The notes beneath the pieces are model-generated. The model saw only the letters and a program-made list of their open reading frames with translations, was not told where the DNA came from and searched no databases. A stretch of DNA of 64,000 bases from Felis catus (Eukaryota): NCBI RefSeq assembly GCF_018350175.1, contig NC_058382.1, forward strand, positions 49,292,001 through 49,356,000, written 5' to 3'. A program made the translations under genes and the position numbers. The first letter of the stretch is position 1. Every line of letters starts with the position of its first letter. Shown in pieces: positions 1 through 13,250 of the stretch.

Positions 1-270
1 CATCCATTGTCACCGTCCATCTTCATACCTCTTTTTGTCTTGCAAAACTGGAACTCTATACCCGGTAAACAATAACTCCCCATTCCTCCCCGCCCCTAGC
101 CCCACACAACGACTATTACACTTCCTGTCTATGATTTTGACTACTCTTTTAAGTACCTCAAGTTTCATCCATGTTGTAGCATATGTCAGAATTCCCTTCC
201 TTTTTAAGGCTGGATAATATTCCCTTGTGTGTACTACATTTTCCTTATCAATTCCTCTGTTGACCGATAC
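1..270 (-). mobile_element. Old L1 (L1MA/L1MB-type) 3' fragment
   Basis: Antisense L1 3' UTR motifs, e.g. CATCCATGTTGTAGCATATGTCAGAATTCCCTTCCTTTTTAAGGCTG. Confidence 0.7.
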
Positions 271-329
271 CCATTTCTATCATCCTGTCATATCCCTTCT
301 TCAAAGGAAGACTAGAAGGCAACATCCTC

Positions 330-1160
330 AGTCTCCTAACGGGTATCTTTGAAAATCCTACAACTAATACAAAACTTAACGGCAAAAAAATGGATACTTT
401 CTCCAAATATCAGTATGAATGCAAGGATTCTACTCTTACCACCTTTATTCAACATTATACTAAAGGTTAGAGCCAGAGCAATTGACAATAAAAGGAAATG
501 AAAGGTTTCCAGATTGGAGAGGAAGTCAAATTGTCCTTATTGAGAGATTACATGACTAAAATCCAATGGAAGCTACAAAAAAGCAACTAGAAGTATTATA
601 TGAGTTCAGCAAGGTTACAAGGTATAAGGTTAATTTACAGAAATCAATTATATTTCCGTATACTGGTAACAAACTGGGTTTGAAATTAAAAAGCAATACT
701 GTTTACAAGGCATTTAAAAACATGAAATAATTAGGAATACATTTGACAAAAGATGTGTGAAACCTGAATCAGGAGAACTACAAAACATTGCGAGAGAAAT
801 TAATGAAGAACTAAATAAAAGGAGACATACTATGTTCAAGAATTGGAATGCTTAATATTGTTAAGATGTTACTTCTTCCTAAATTGATCTACAGATTGAA
901 TGCAATTCTACTAAAAATCCAGCAGAGTATTTTTATAGAAATCAACAAACAGTTTCTAAAATTCAGTGGAAACCCAAAGGACCTAGAATAGAAAAAATAA
1001 ATTAGAAAAAGAACAATCTGGGGGACTTAAACTACCTGATTTCAAGACTTATTATAAAGGTACAGTAATTGAGGCAGCATGCATAGTGGGGATAAAAAAA
1101 TAAATAGATGATAAACCAGTGTCTAGAAACAAACAAAAAAAGCAAATAAATATATTCAAA
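330..1160 (+). mobile_element. Old L1 ORF2 fragment, decayed
   Basis: A-rich sense strand with degenerate ORF2 RT/C-terminal coding motifs and many stops. Confidence 0.75.
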
Positions 1161-1164
1161 TATG

Positions 1165-2280
1165 TATTTTATATAACACTTTATCGAGCCATAATCCACA
1201 AAACATATAGTTAGTCCATTTAAAGTGTATAATTCAATGGTTTTAAGTGTATTCGCCAAGTTTTGCAATCAACACCACAATCAATTTTAGAACATTTTCG
1301 TCATCCTGAAAAGAAACCCAATATCCATTAGAAGTAACTTCTTAATCCTCTCATTACGCTTCCCTACCCAGCCCTAAGAAACCACTACTTTACTTTCTAC
1401 CTCTATAGATCTGCCAATTTATTTCCACATCCTATAAATGGAATGATAAAATATGTGACCTTTGGTGCCTGGTTTCATTCACTTAGCATAATGTTTTCAA
1501 GGCCCATCTAGGTTATAGCACATATGAGTATTCAATTTCTTTTTATTGATGAGTAATAATCCATTTTACGGATAACACACTTATCATTTATCCACACATT
1601 ACTTGATTAATCTTTAAGTTGTTTCCACTTCTTGGCTGTTGTGAGTAAGGCCGCTATAAACATTCATTACGAGTTTTTATGTAGACATGCGTTTTTATTT
1701 CCTTAGGGGTAGAACTGTGGCAACTCAATATTTGACATTTTGAGGAACCGTCAGATAGTTTTCCAAAGTGGATGCACTATTTTCCATTTTCACCAGAAGT
1801 GTATGAGGGGTCTAATTTTCCTACATCCTCACCAACATCTGTTGTTGGCTGTTGTTGCTACCATCCTAGGGGTGTGGAGTGATATCTGATTGCAGTTTTC
1901 ATCCTTACTTCCCTGATGGCTAATGATGTTGAGCATCTTTTCATATGCTTATTGGCCATTTGTTTGTTTTCTTGGAGAAATGCCTATTCAGACCCTTTGC
2001 CCATTTTTAAATTGGGCTATTTGTCTTTTTATTATTGAGTTGTAAGTGTTCTTTATATATTCTAGATGCAAGTTCTTTATTAAATCTATAATTGCAAATT
2101 TTTAATCTTATTCTGTCATTTCACTTCCTTGATGGTGTCCTGTGAAGCACACAAGTTTTTTTTTTTTTATTTCTGTGATGTCCAATTTATTTATTTTTTC
2201 TTTTGTTATTTGGGCTTTTGGTGTTCTAGATTAGGACGAATTGACTAATATAAGACCATGAAGATATACGCTTATGTTAT
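1165..2280 (-). mobile_element. L1MB-like 3' end
   Basis: Antisense 3' UTR and ORF2 tail (GATGTTGAGCATCTTTTCATATGCTTATTGGCCATTTG). Confidence 0.8.
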
Positions 2281-3009
2281 CTTCATATTCATAAGAGATA
2301 TTGGTCTATAGTTTTCTTGTGATGTGTTTAATTTGGGTATCAGGGTAATACTGGGCTCATATAATGAGTTGGGAAGTGTTTCCTTCTATTCTAGTTGTTT
2401 GGATGAATTACAAATAATTGATATAAATTCTTCTCTAAATGTTTGGTAAAATTTACCAGGGAATCTGGGCTTGGGACTTTCTTTGTGGGTAGTTTTTAAT
2501 ATTAGTAATTTATTCTCTTTACCTGTTATAGGTCTATTCAGATGTTCTATTGCTTCTTGAGTCAGTTTTAGTAGTTTGTATCTTTCTAGGAATGTATTCA
2601 TTTCATATAAGTTATTAAATAGTTGGCATATAGTTGTTCATAGTATTACCTCATAATCCTTTTTATTTTTGTATGGTTATAGTAATGTTCTCTCTTTCAT
2701 TGCTGATGTTTGTAATCTAAGGACTCTCTCTCTCCCCCACCCTCCCTCTTTCCCTCTCCTTCTCTCCTTCTCTCCTTCCTTCTCTTCCTCTCCAGTCTAG
2801 CTTAAAAAAAAAGCTAAAAGCTATTTTGTTGATTTTGGGGTTTGTTGATTTTCTCTCTTGTTTTTCAATTGTCTATTTCATTAATTTTCACTCTAATTCT
2901 TATTATTTTCTTCCTTCTGCTTGCTTTGGATTTAGTTTGCTCTTCTTTTTGTAGTTTTTAAAGTAGAAGGCTATTAATTTGAGATGTTTCTTCTTTTTTT
3001 CTTCTTTTT

Positions 3010-3027
3010 TTTTAATGTTTATTTATT

Positions 3028-3068
<41 letters not shown>

Positions 3069-3230
3069 GCAGGGGAGGGGCAGAGAGAGAGAGGGAGTCA
3101 GAATCTGAAACAGGCTCCAGTCTCTGAGTTGTCAGCATAGAGCTTAATGCGGGGCTTGAACTTACGGACTGTGAGATGATGACCTGAGCCAAAATAAGAC
3201 CCTTAACTGACTGAGCCACCCAGGCTCCCC
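3010..3230 (-). mobile_element. Can-SINE
   Basis: T-tail, (GA)n, ends GAGCCACCCAGGCTCCCC. Confidence 0.9.
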
Positions 3231-4041
3231 AAGGTGTTTCTTTTTTTTAATACAAGTATGTACAGCTATAAATTTATCTCTAAGTTCTTCTTTCACTACA
3301 TTATATACATTTTAGGGTGTTATATTTTCATTTTCATTCATTTCAAAATATTTCTAGTTTCCCCTGTGACTTCTTTATTGACCTATAGGTTATTTAGGCA
3401 TGTGTTGCTTAATATTCACTTATTTTTGAATTTCCCAAATTTCCTTCTGTTAATTTCCAATATTAGCTCATTGTTATTGGAGAGCAAACTTTGTATGATT
3501 TAAAACCTTTTGAATGTATTGAGGCTTGTTTTAACACTTAGCATGTGGTCTACCCTGGAGAATATTCCATATGTACTTAAGAAGAATGCATATTCTGTTG
3601 TTGCTGAGTGGAGTGTCCTAGATATGTCTGTTAAGTCTCATTGGTTTATAGTGTTAATCATATCTTCTATTTTCGTTGTGAGCTTTTGCCTAGTTGCCCT
3701 ATCCATTATTGAAAATGGAATACTGAGGCATCCAATTATTATTGTTGAATTGTCTATATCCGTCTTCAGTTTTTTTCAGTTTTTGCTTTATGTGTTTTAT
3801 GGCTCTGTTATTAGGTACATATATATTTATAATTATTATATCTTCTTGATAGGTTGATCCATTTAACATTGCACAATGTTCTTCTCTACCTTTAGTAACA
3901 TTTTTGTTTTAAACTCTATTTTATCTGATATTAGTAAAGTTATTCCAGCTTTCTTACAGTTGCTGTTTGCATAATATATCTCTTGCAACCCTTTTACTTT
4001 CCCCCTATTTGTATTTTTTAATCTAAAATATGTCTCTTGTA

Positions 4042-4250
4042 GGGGCACCTGAGTGACTTAGTTGGTTAAGTGTCTGACTCTTGATTTCAGCTCAGGTCAT
4101 GATCTCGTGGTGGTGAGATAGAGCCCTGCATAGGGCTCTGCGCTGACAGCATGGAGCCTGCTTGGATTCTTTCTGTCTCTCTTTCCCTGCTTCTCCCCCA
4201 CTCTCACTCTTACTTTCTCTCTCTCCCAAAATAAATATTCGAAAAAAAAA
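4042..4250 (+). mobile_element. Can-SINE
   Basis: GGGGCACCTG head, A-tail, TSD TGTCTCTTGTAG. Confidence 0.9.
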
Positions 4251-4307
4251 TGTCTCTTGTAGATAGAATATAGTTAAATCTTCTGGTTTTTAAAATATCC
4301 AGTTTGA

Positions 4308-4510
4308 GGGGCACCTGGGTGGCTCAGTCGGTTAAGCATTTGACTTCAGCTTAGGTCATGATCTCACTGATCTCGGTTCCCTGCATCGGGCTCTGTGCTG
4401 ACAGCTCAGAGCCTGGAGCCTGTTTCAGATTCTGTCTCCCTCTCTGCCTCTGCCCCTCCCCGACTTGTGCTCTGTCTCTCTTTCAAAAATAAATAAACAT
4501 TAAAAAAATT
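4308..4510 (+). mobile_element. Can-SINE
   Basis: TSD TTAAAATATCCAGTTTGA on both sides. Confidence 0.92.
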
Positions 4511-5218
4511 TAAAATATCCAGTTTGACAATATCTGCCTGTTCATTGAAGTGTTTAATCCATTCACATTTAATGTTATTTTTTATGCAGTTGGCATTAAA
4601 TGACATTATACTTTTTGTTTTCTATATGTCTCATGGCTTTTTGTTACTCTATTCCTCCTTTACTACTTTATTTTGCATTAAGTGAATATTTTTTAGTGTA
4701 ACACTTTATTTCCTTTAATGATTTTTTTTTCTACCAGATCTCTTTGTGTTCTTTTTCAGTGGCTGTTCAAGGACTTACATATACATCTTAACTTATCAGG
4801 GTCTACTTCAGATTTATATTAACTTAATTCCAGGGAGATGTAAGAATGCTATTCTTATATAGTTCTATTCCACCTTCTTTTTTTGTACTATTATTAATAT
4901 ATATATTATCTCTTTATGTGTTACAACTCCTACAATACATTGTTATAATTACTACTTTATATAATTTTGTCTACTCAGGAAGCTGAAAACAGAAAAGAGA
5001 GAAAGTATGTTTATAGAGCTAAAGTAAGCTTTTTATTTACCATTTCTGATTCTCTTCATTTGTACCTGTGAGTTCCAATTACTGTCCAGTATCATTTCCT
5101 TTCTCCAGTACAGCCTTGCTCCTATCTACCTCCTTTGTACTGTCATTGTCGTGTATATTACATTTCTATATGTTATAGGTCCAATCATATAACTTTTGTT
5201 TTACAATCACACAAATAC

Positions 5219-5221
<3 letters not shown>

Positions 5222-5272
<51 letters not shown>

Positions 5273-5282
5273 GTATATATAT
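5222..5282. repeat. (TA)n microsatellite
   Basis: About 30 near-perfect TA units. Confidence 0.95.
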
Positions 5283-6039
5283 AGTCTTATACAAAGAAAG
5301 GGATGGCCTGTGATAGGAGTAAGGATGGCTCATACATGGCAGAGAGAGTCCGGCATGTAAGCAGATGATTCAGATAGCATGGATATAGAGTCAGGTCTAA
5401 CACTGCTACTTTCTCAGTAAAGTATGAGGCAAGACCCCAAGTAACAATAGAACTTGGAGCCAAAAGGAAGGGACATGTTACTGATGGTACTATAGATAAT
5501 AGGCCATCCAGCTGGGCAGATCTGTATAGCTGGCTGCTAAAAATGTTATTTGTTGGGTGGAGTCCCAAGTTTATTAGTAGGTATTTAAATAATCACAAGT
5601 AACACTATGCTTATATACACACACCAATGGTGACTTTAACCAGAGACAAGCCCTCAACTATCCAGAAAATCTGTGAATTTGTAGCGCTTTCCAGTGACTG
5701 ACACACAGTAATAGCTTTAGGAATGTTATTAAACTGATTTAGATACAGAATATACATTTCCTTGCCTACAAAGAAAGACTTCTGATGGACTACCAGAAAA
5801 CATAGTTTTTAGGATATTATTTCCAGGGGTCAGAATAGTTTTCTGGAGATCTATCCACACACTCTACCCAAACTTCATGGCACAAAGTAGGGACACAGGT
5901 AATCAAGCACAATCAAAATAAAGGCAGGTCTAAGCTAAGTGGATTGACTCCTTAACTTGCCTCCCTTAGTTATAATCAGTTGTGCAGACACAGTTGTAAA
6001 CATCTGCCTATAAACATCTGCCTATACAGGTATCCACAG

Positions 6040-6800
6040 TATTAAAGATAAACAAAGCAGGATATTAATTACAGCAGTAAAAACAGAATTTATTCTATAA
6101 CTACTGATAGTAGGGGAAAGGACTGAGCTCCATTCTGATTTGTGCAGACATGACCGGATATTTTATTTTATTTTATTTTGTATATTTTTAAGTTTATTTA
6201 TTTTGAGAGAGGGAGAGAGCAAGAGCAGGGGAGGGGCAGAGATACGGGAAGAGAGAGAATCTCAAATAGTCTCCATGCTGTCAGCACAGAGCCCAAAATG
6301 GGGCTTGATCCCATGAACTGTGAGATCATGACCTGACCCAAAATCAAGAGTCAGACGCTTAACTGACTGAGCCACCCAGGCGCCCCAACGTGACCAGATC
6401 TTTTAAAGACAGAATGAGGGAGTAAGGAGGGAAAGAGAGTGGGGCTCTAGTAAAAGTGACAAATGGTTGGTCAGTGTCCATATGATTAGGCTAGTTGTGT
6501 CTGTTAGCTGGCAATTATGGAAGTTAGGACCCCATCTTCCCACAGAGACCAGAGACAGAGGCCCTATCCTTTCTCGAAGGAATGGCTTTCAGATCCTTGA
6601 GAAAGAGACTCCTGACTTGCAGGAGATACATATATATCTCAAAAGGAACAGAGGAAGGATTCACTGTTCTAAATAAACAGACTGTAAACTTGGAACTGGC
6701 AGATTTAAGCTTTCGTAGGCAAGTATTTTATAGGGCGGGGTTTGGAAGTCATCTAGGAACATGCCTTAAGCCGCTGGAAGCCATGCTAAAATTTAGATGG
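6040..6800 (-). mobile_element. ERV1-like LTR remnant containing a Can-SINE (6160-6386, minus)
   Basis: AAACAGAATTTATTC...TAGGGGAAAGGACTGAGCTC resembles antisense ERV1 LTR ends; SINE flanked by TGACCRGAT(A/C)TTTTA. Confidence 0.5.
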
Positions 6801-7539
6801 AGTCCTGATGTGTCCAGAGTTCTGCAGTTTTCAACACACACTTACACCCACACCCACGCCCACACACACACATTCTCATTCAATATCTTAGTTCACCCTA
6901 AGTTCCACAAGATCCATATTGAAATTCTTTCTCTTCTTTGGAAATCTGGTGGGGAAGTCTTGAATGGAGCAATGTGTAAAGCTGAATGCTGGCACATTGT
7001 AGGGCAGGGGCCTGTGGAAGAAGGACATTATGTACACAATGAACTTGTGGAAAAGAGGCCTAGAAAGTTCTCTCCTGTCTGCTACCATACCCATCTTTGC
7101 AGCTTCCCTGAGCCCAACCCCACACCCAGGGAACATACCAAGTGGTTTATTAGCTTCAGCCCAGGAAATGGACTTGGGGGAAAGGAGAAGCCCTCCAAAA
7201 TGCCCATCGATAGTCAGAGCCTATAAATAATCCATCCCTCTAGCTCTTAGAGCACCTAACCCAGGACCCTGTCTCTGACTCATGACCTTGGGCTGTATGC
7301 CTCCCCGGGGCGATCCTCCCCTTGCCCAAGCCTGCAGAGCATCATTTGAAGAGCCTCCCACGCTGAAGCCTGGAAGGAGGTGCAGAGAACAGTTAAATCC
7401 CGGGCCCTGTGTGTGTGTGTGTGTCAGGGGTCGTCACCATCTGGAGTCCTGGCAGCGGATGCCCAGCCGAGTGTGGGCGCTGGACCTCCTGGGGGCTGGG
7501 TGCAGACACGGGGTTCAGCACCCGCCTTCGTCTCCGCTC

Positions 7540-7554
7540 ACCACTAGGTGGCAG
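7540..7554 (+). promoter_or_regulatory. CTCF core motif, forward
   Basis: ACCACTAGGTGGCAG fits the CCASYAGRKGGCRS consensus; lies in a GC-rich, apparently non-repeat patch (~7280-7660). Confidence 0.65.
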
Positions 7555-7679
7555 ACTTGCCTAGGCAAGGCCTCACGTCTGCCCTTGTCACAGCCGGGCC
7601 GGACCTGCCCAGGAGGGGTGCGCGAGAAAGTCAGTGTCATTCTCTCTGAAAACCGAATCCCAGACAACAGGAATGCACC

Positions 7680-8135
7680 TAGTGGGTATTGTGCTAAGTG
7701 AAATAAGTCAGACTGAGAAAGACAAATACCATATGATTCCCCACATAAGTACAATCTGCAAACAAATAGGCCACCAATGAATAAACAAACAAAAGCAGAA
7801 TCAGACCCCAAAAATACAGAGAACAAACTGATGGTTGCCAGATGCTAGAGGGGAGGGGGTGATGGGATAGGCAAAATGGGTGAAGAGGAGAGGGAGATAC
7901 AGGCCTTGGGTGTGGAATGAACAAGTCTTGGGCATAAAGAGGCAGACCATGAGGAGCACAGTCAATGATACTATAATAGCGATTTAATGGGACAGGAGGC
8001 AGGTACCTTTGTGGTGAGCACAGCGTGATGTATAAACTTGTCAAATCACTATGTTGTACACTGGAAACTAATGTACCTGTGTTAACTACACTCAAATAAA
8101 AAGAAGAAAATGAAAACAAACAAAACAAAACAAAT
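7680..8135 (+). mobile_element. Carnivore L1 3' end, 5'-truncated
   Basis: GCTAAGTGAAATAAGTCAG...GAGAACAAACTGATGGTTGCCAGA...A-rich tail. Confidence 0.85.
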
Positions 8136-8231
8136 AAACTGGAAATAATTCCCAGAGCCACCTGGGGCACCAGAAAATGAACATGACCCCCATCAGGGAT
8201 CCTTCACCCATTTTTGTGCTGAGACTCCTTT

Positions 8232-8452
8232 ATTTTTATTTACTTATTTTTAATATTTATTTATTTTTGAGACAGAGACAGACAGAGCATGAACGGGGGA
8301 GGGTCAGAGAGAGGGAGACACAGAATCTGAAACAGGCTCCAGGCTCTGAGCTATCAGCACAGAGCCGGACGCGGGGCTCGAACTCACGGACCGCAAGATC
8401 ATGACTTGAGCCAAAGTGGGCCGCTCAACCGACTGAGCCACCCAGGCGCCCC
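8232..8452 (-). mobile_element. Can-SINE (CpG-rich, young)
   Basis: Full head and tail; TSD TGTGCT..GACTCCTTTA. Confidence 0.92.
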
Positions 8453-8489
8453 ATGTGCTCGGACTCCTTTAGAGCGATGGTGGAGCTGC

Positions 8490-8800
8490 AGCACCCTCCA
8501 CGAATGATGGTTCCAAGTGCATAAAATATATAGGATTAAATAAGAAGATCTAGGAATTTTGGAAACGTAGGCACAAGTGACTTTTCTTGATCTCTGCAAT
8601 GACCAACATGACATGAATGTCTCTGATTTCTGTGGGTACCGCTAATACTACTCTGGTTTATTTGCTGCCTACATTCATAATTGAAGAAAATCTGAAATAC
8701 CACTTAGAGGTTAGTGAGATTGAAGACTTAATTAGTTTCCCATGCAAGTTCAAGGATTCCATGAATTCTCTCTGCAAACCCAAGGTTAAGAAACCCTTAG
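8490..8800. mobile_element. hAT-Charlie-like DNA transposon remnant
   Basis: GCCTACATTCATAATTGAAG...TTAGAGGTTAGTGA...AGGTTAAGAAACCC resembles Charlie-family ends. Confidence 0.5.
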
Positions 8801-9299
8801 TGAAAACAGAGGTGATAAAGATGGGTGGAGTTTAAATTGAGTGTCTTAAGTCACGCAAAGGGACACCTCAGTCCCTCCATGTGGAGACATGCCGAACATT
8901 TTCCTGTTCTGCCCTAGCTTCCTAGCTCAGTGCTTCCTCAGCCTTGACCCTAAGAGGCTGGATCTGAGCAGCCCTGAACAAAGGCATAGCCTAGGTCACC
9001 AGGGTTTCAGGAGACATTCCTAGAAAAAGTGGAGATTGGCAGGAGTCTAAAATGTCATCCAGGTGCACCCTTTTGGTTTCCAGAGATTGAGACACAGGAG
9101 GAGTAAGTGCCCAGTGTCTTACCACTCATTCAGGGCAGAGCCAAAGGTCCAGCCTCCATTTCTATTTCCCCACTTGGGTCTAGAGGACAAACTGGGAGGG
9201 ACACAGTGAGGGAGATCTCCCCAGAGCAGGGGACTCACCGGGGCTTTACTGAGTCACCAGGTAGCCATGATGGGGAGTCTGGTTTCTGTGAGAGTGGGG

Positions 9300-9970
9300 G
9301 TGCTCAGAGTAAGCTTCCCTGAGAAAACATTTGAACCAAAACATAAGAGAGGGAGGGACTGAGCCAGGAGGACATCTGAGGAAAGAGTGTTTCACAAAGA
9401 GTGAAGTGCTGAGACAAAGTGCTGAGGCAACAATATGCTTGGAGTGCTTCCAGAAGGAAGCCATGTATCTGAAGAAGAGCAAGGGATGACTGACAGAGAG
9501 AACAGTAGGAAATGAGGTCTGAGAGGTAACCAGAGACCAGACCTAGAAAAGTGTCCCACCCTTTTTGCTGGGACTTTGCCTATTGTAGTGTGTGAAATAG
9601 GGACCCAGCAGAGTTTTGAGCAGAGAGAGAACACAATCTGACTTATGTTCTAACCTGGGTGATCACATGTTCCAGTTTACTGGAGTCAGTACTGGCTTAT
9701 TCCTCTTGTCCATTGTAATTATTATTAGCACTCCTTTTTCCTCTCAAAGAGGATGGCAACTTAGAGTCACTTGGGTAAGGTCACATGGCTGCCATGTTGA
9801 GAAAGACTGAAGGGGGTCAAAGATGAGAGGAAGAGATCACTGTAATAATCCAGGCAAGAGCAAATGGTGGCTTTGGCCAGAGTAGTAGCAGTGGAAGTGG
9901 GAGAAATGGAAGAATAAATCCAGAATTCAGTTTTTGACACGTTAATTCGAGACATCTACTAGACTTCCAA
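9300..9970. mobile_element. L2 remnant
   Basis: Purine-rich L2 3' motifs (TAATCCAGGCAAGAG...GGTGGCTTTGGCCAGAG). Confidence 0.6.
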
Positions 9971-10719
9971 GAAGTCATTGGCCAAGAGGTGGATGCTGCT
10001 GGTCCATGATGAGCCTCTGGTTACTTGTACCCTGTGTCTTCTGCCCTCTACTGCCTGGTCCACACAGACTTGTTGAGGATGCAGTTGGATACACAGGAGA
10101 AATGATACTACAACCTAAGGGTGGGCAGGGGGAGCCCTGGCTCTCCCTACACAGAGCCTGGACCACAGAATCTCTTATGTCCTTAAGGGATCCAGCTTCA
10201 GGGATCCAGACACTCTCCTAGTGTCCTCCTGTCCCAAACAGCCCAAGAGTTTAGAAGGCCACCTGGCTACATGAGGCAAGCTGTGCTCATGGTTAAACAC
10301 TCAAACATTATCCACCATTTTTTGCTAGGACTTCACATACCCTATAATCCAGCACTGGCTACACAATTTGTGGTGCCCAGTGCAAAATAAAAATGCAGCG
10401 CCCCTTGTTAAAAAATTAATAACAAGAATTTTTTTCCTTGCGATAAGAACTTCTAAGATCTGTTCTCTTAGCAAATTTCAAATAAACAGTACAGTATGTT
10501 AGCTTTGGCCACCATGCTTTATGTTACACCCTTGGGACTTTTTTTTTCAATCTTGTAGCTGGAAATTTGTACCTTTTGACCACCTTTACCCATTTCACAC
10601 TCCCCCCTCTCCTGCCTCTGGCAGTCACCCAACTGTTTCCTCCATTGTTTGCTTTTCATCTTTGCCCCAATCTATCTCATTTGATCTGAGCTCTAAGAAG
10701 TGTTTCGGTTTTTAGCAAG

Positions 10720-13250
10720 ACAGTCAGTCAGGGTCCATCCAGGAAAACAGTAACCACAATAGTTATTTTAACAGAGAGAATTCAATAAGGGGAATTCAGC
10801 AGGTACTAGAGAAAAGGCAAAAAAGGGAATGTTGACATAACATAGACATTGTAACTTCAGGAAGCAGCTCTCACCCCAAGGACTGGGAGGACAAAGAGGG
10901 GATGTTGGGTCCATTGGAATTCAGAGGATTATGTGAAGGGGTCAGGGTGCTACAGCTTAGACCTCTGGGGAGTAGTTCCTGCCAGCTTAATGTGGTACCT
11001 CAGAAGGTTAAGGGATGGACCCTCCAGAACTGGACCCCAGATTGCCAAGGAGTGGGCACTGCCTGGCTGTTGTCTTGAAGGAGTGTGATAAAGTTGGTTT
11101 GGGAAGTGCAGAAAGTGCCTGTCAGGGTAGAGCACACTTGCTGTGGTGACGTTGGTAGGAACAGAGAGCGAACAGGATGGAGCAGCTCCCTCTTCCCCTG
11201 AACCCGCCTTTCCTTTCCCTTTTGCACCATTATTGCCAGAGCTCAATGTAGAGCCAGCTGGCCAAGCAGAAATGTGGCTATCAGAGTCTCAGCCCAGCAC
11301 CATGAAGCAGAGCACAGAGGGTAGGCTGGAAGAGGAGAGATAGTAGATTGCATCCACCAAGTCATGAAGTCGGACAGGCCAGAGCAGTCCATTGTAGGAT
11401 GGAAATGGTATATTCGGACCTGAGTCAATGAAGAACCAGAGGACAAAAGTAAGCTGAGAGGCAGATAGGCCAGACCCATGTACCAGCCACCACGGTCACA
11501 AGGGTCCGAGCTGTGGTGTCCTGAAATCCATCACTGCGAGGGCCCTGAGGCCATGCCTGCCATGAGCTGCTCCCCACCATGACCACACATGACACGTATA
11601 TTGAGGCAGTCCTGTTCCTGGTAGACACAGGACTCCTCTGACAGCCAACTTTGGCTCCAGAACTTCCCAATGTCTTGGCCAAACCTTCCTTGGATGCATG
11701 GCAGCCTAGAATTCTTCCATCCATCTCCCTTTCCCCACTTGGGCTCATATTTACATTAGGGTCTAATGATTCCTGCAATCTCTCTATTTTCGCTCATACA
11801 GGAATTTTCCCTCCTTTATTCATTTCCTTTGGTCAGGTACCCAAGTTTACAAATTCATAATAAAATGCTTCTTGGAGCATCTGAGTTTCTCAGGAGCATT
11901 GTCAGAAACAAGTCTTCAGGATGGTCAGCATCTGCTCCAACTCCAATTCCCATGGCCAGGTGGTGGGCAGGAAACACCCCACTTCTCCTCCCCAAACTTC
12001 TACTAGAAACGAATACACTGAAGCCTGACAGCAGCCTCCTCAGATTCTGCAAAAGACTCCACATGCCAATAAGCAAAAGCTCATCAAGTCAAAGGTACAA
12101 AGGCCCAAATATCTTTGGCCCTCGGAAACAGCTCAGGCATGAGGATTGCCCAGAGAGTTCCAACTCACCTTGGGGGCATTTTGGGGCGGGGCGGGGGAGG
12201 GTGGTGGCTTGTGAACTGGTTTAGGGGAAGTGGAGGAAAGGAGGACAATGGCCGTTGTTTGGTGCTGCCCTTGAGGACAGTTGGACAAGGGCTAAATGTT
12301 AGAAACTGGGAGCTCCTCCTTGATCTGGATCCCCCTTCCCCAACTGGGGACTGTGCATCCTTTTGCCCTCTCAAAAGCTGGGGCCACACCACCCCCATCG
12401 TACGACCCCAGGAGCTCCAAATAGTACTGCCTGCTATGTTTCCAGAAGTGGAGCCACCCCTGGGGATCAGGCTGAGGGCTCCCGTCTCTTCTAGACTCTA
12501 TGTTGTTCTAAAATGGATTGTAGGGCATGAGAACTTTTCTATCCTCTCCTGTTCCTTCTAAGCCAAGAAAGTCCACTTTTTGGCTAAAAGCCCATTCATT
12601 TCCTTAAGGCTCCTTTCCTTAGGGCTTTCCTTAGCTTTCTTAGGAAACTTCTACTCTATATATGCATTTGCACTCATTCACACTTACAAGAACCTTTCGT
12701 CCTTCATGGTCCTACAACCTTCAAGATGAAATTTTCCCTTTATCTTGGCAAGTTATCACTAAGATAACTTACCTCCTTCTCAGAGATGATAAAGACACTG
12801 AGTGGGAAGGGTGGGATGAACAGTGTCAGGTACGCCAAAGACTAGTTTGATTCTTTGTGATAGAAGTGATAGATGGGGGTGGAGGCTTGGTGTGGTTTTC
12901 CCCAAAGTGTGACTGTAGCAGACCTGTTGGTGCCCTGCCCAGATCCTCTAACTGGGCAAGTGCCCCTCTCCTCCAGCTCCAGGGTGCTGCCAGTAGCTTA
13001 CACCTATGCTGTTCTCTTGTCCTTGGCCAGAGCTGCCTTGCCTAGAGATGCTTCCAAGGTTATGTCTTGCCCTCCAGGCTCAGCCTATGGCCAATGACTA
13101 ATGGATAAGCGTATAAAACAGCTCAGCCCCTTTTGCCTCTGGGTGTGTGTGGGGACCTCTGAAAGTTTTGTCAACATTCACATTAAAGTTTCTGAGAAAT
13201 CCTGAAATAGAAAAAAAACACAAAACCTAATTAACCCCCTAGACCCCACT
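10720..13250. mobile_element. Cluster of ancient ERVL-type LTR remnants (LTR33-like ~10720-11130; LTR16-like ~11480-11900 and ~12915-13230), possibly with internal sequence between
   Basis: AGTCAGGGTCCATCCAGGAAAACAG; GGACTCCTCTGACAGCCAACTTTGGCTC; TGTAGCAGACCTGTTGGTGCCCTGCCCAGATCC. Confidence 0.5.

Larger units (their letters stand above)
2280..5210 (-). mobile_element. Old L1 ORF2 (endonuclease-side) fragment interrupted by three SINEs
   Basis: ORF-track peptides 2386-2601 and 3863-4048 resemble L1 ORF2 (FLERYKLLKLTQE, LQETYF...ISDKIEFK). Confidence 0.8.

Noticed and set aside
5997..6026. 14-bp tandem duplication of TAAACATCTGCCTA
   Set aside because: Ordinary replication-slippage duplication with no functional sign.
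6582..7226. Longest ORF in the track (214 aa, +)
   Set aside because: Starts inside an LTR-like remnant and runs through a CA-rich repeat (THTHAHTHT); no recognisable domain or splice context.
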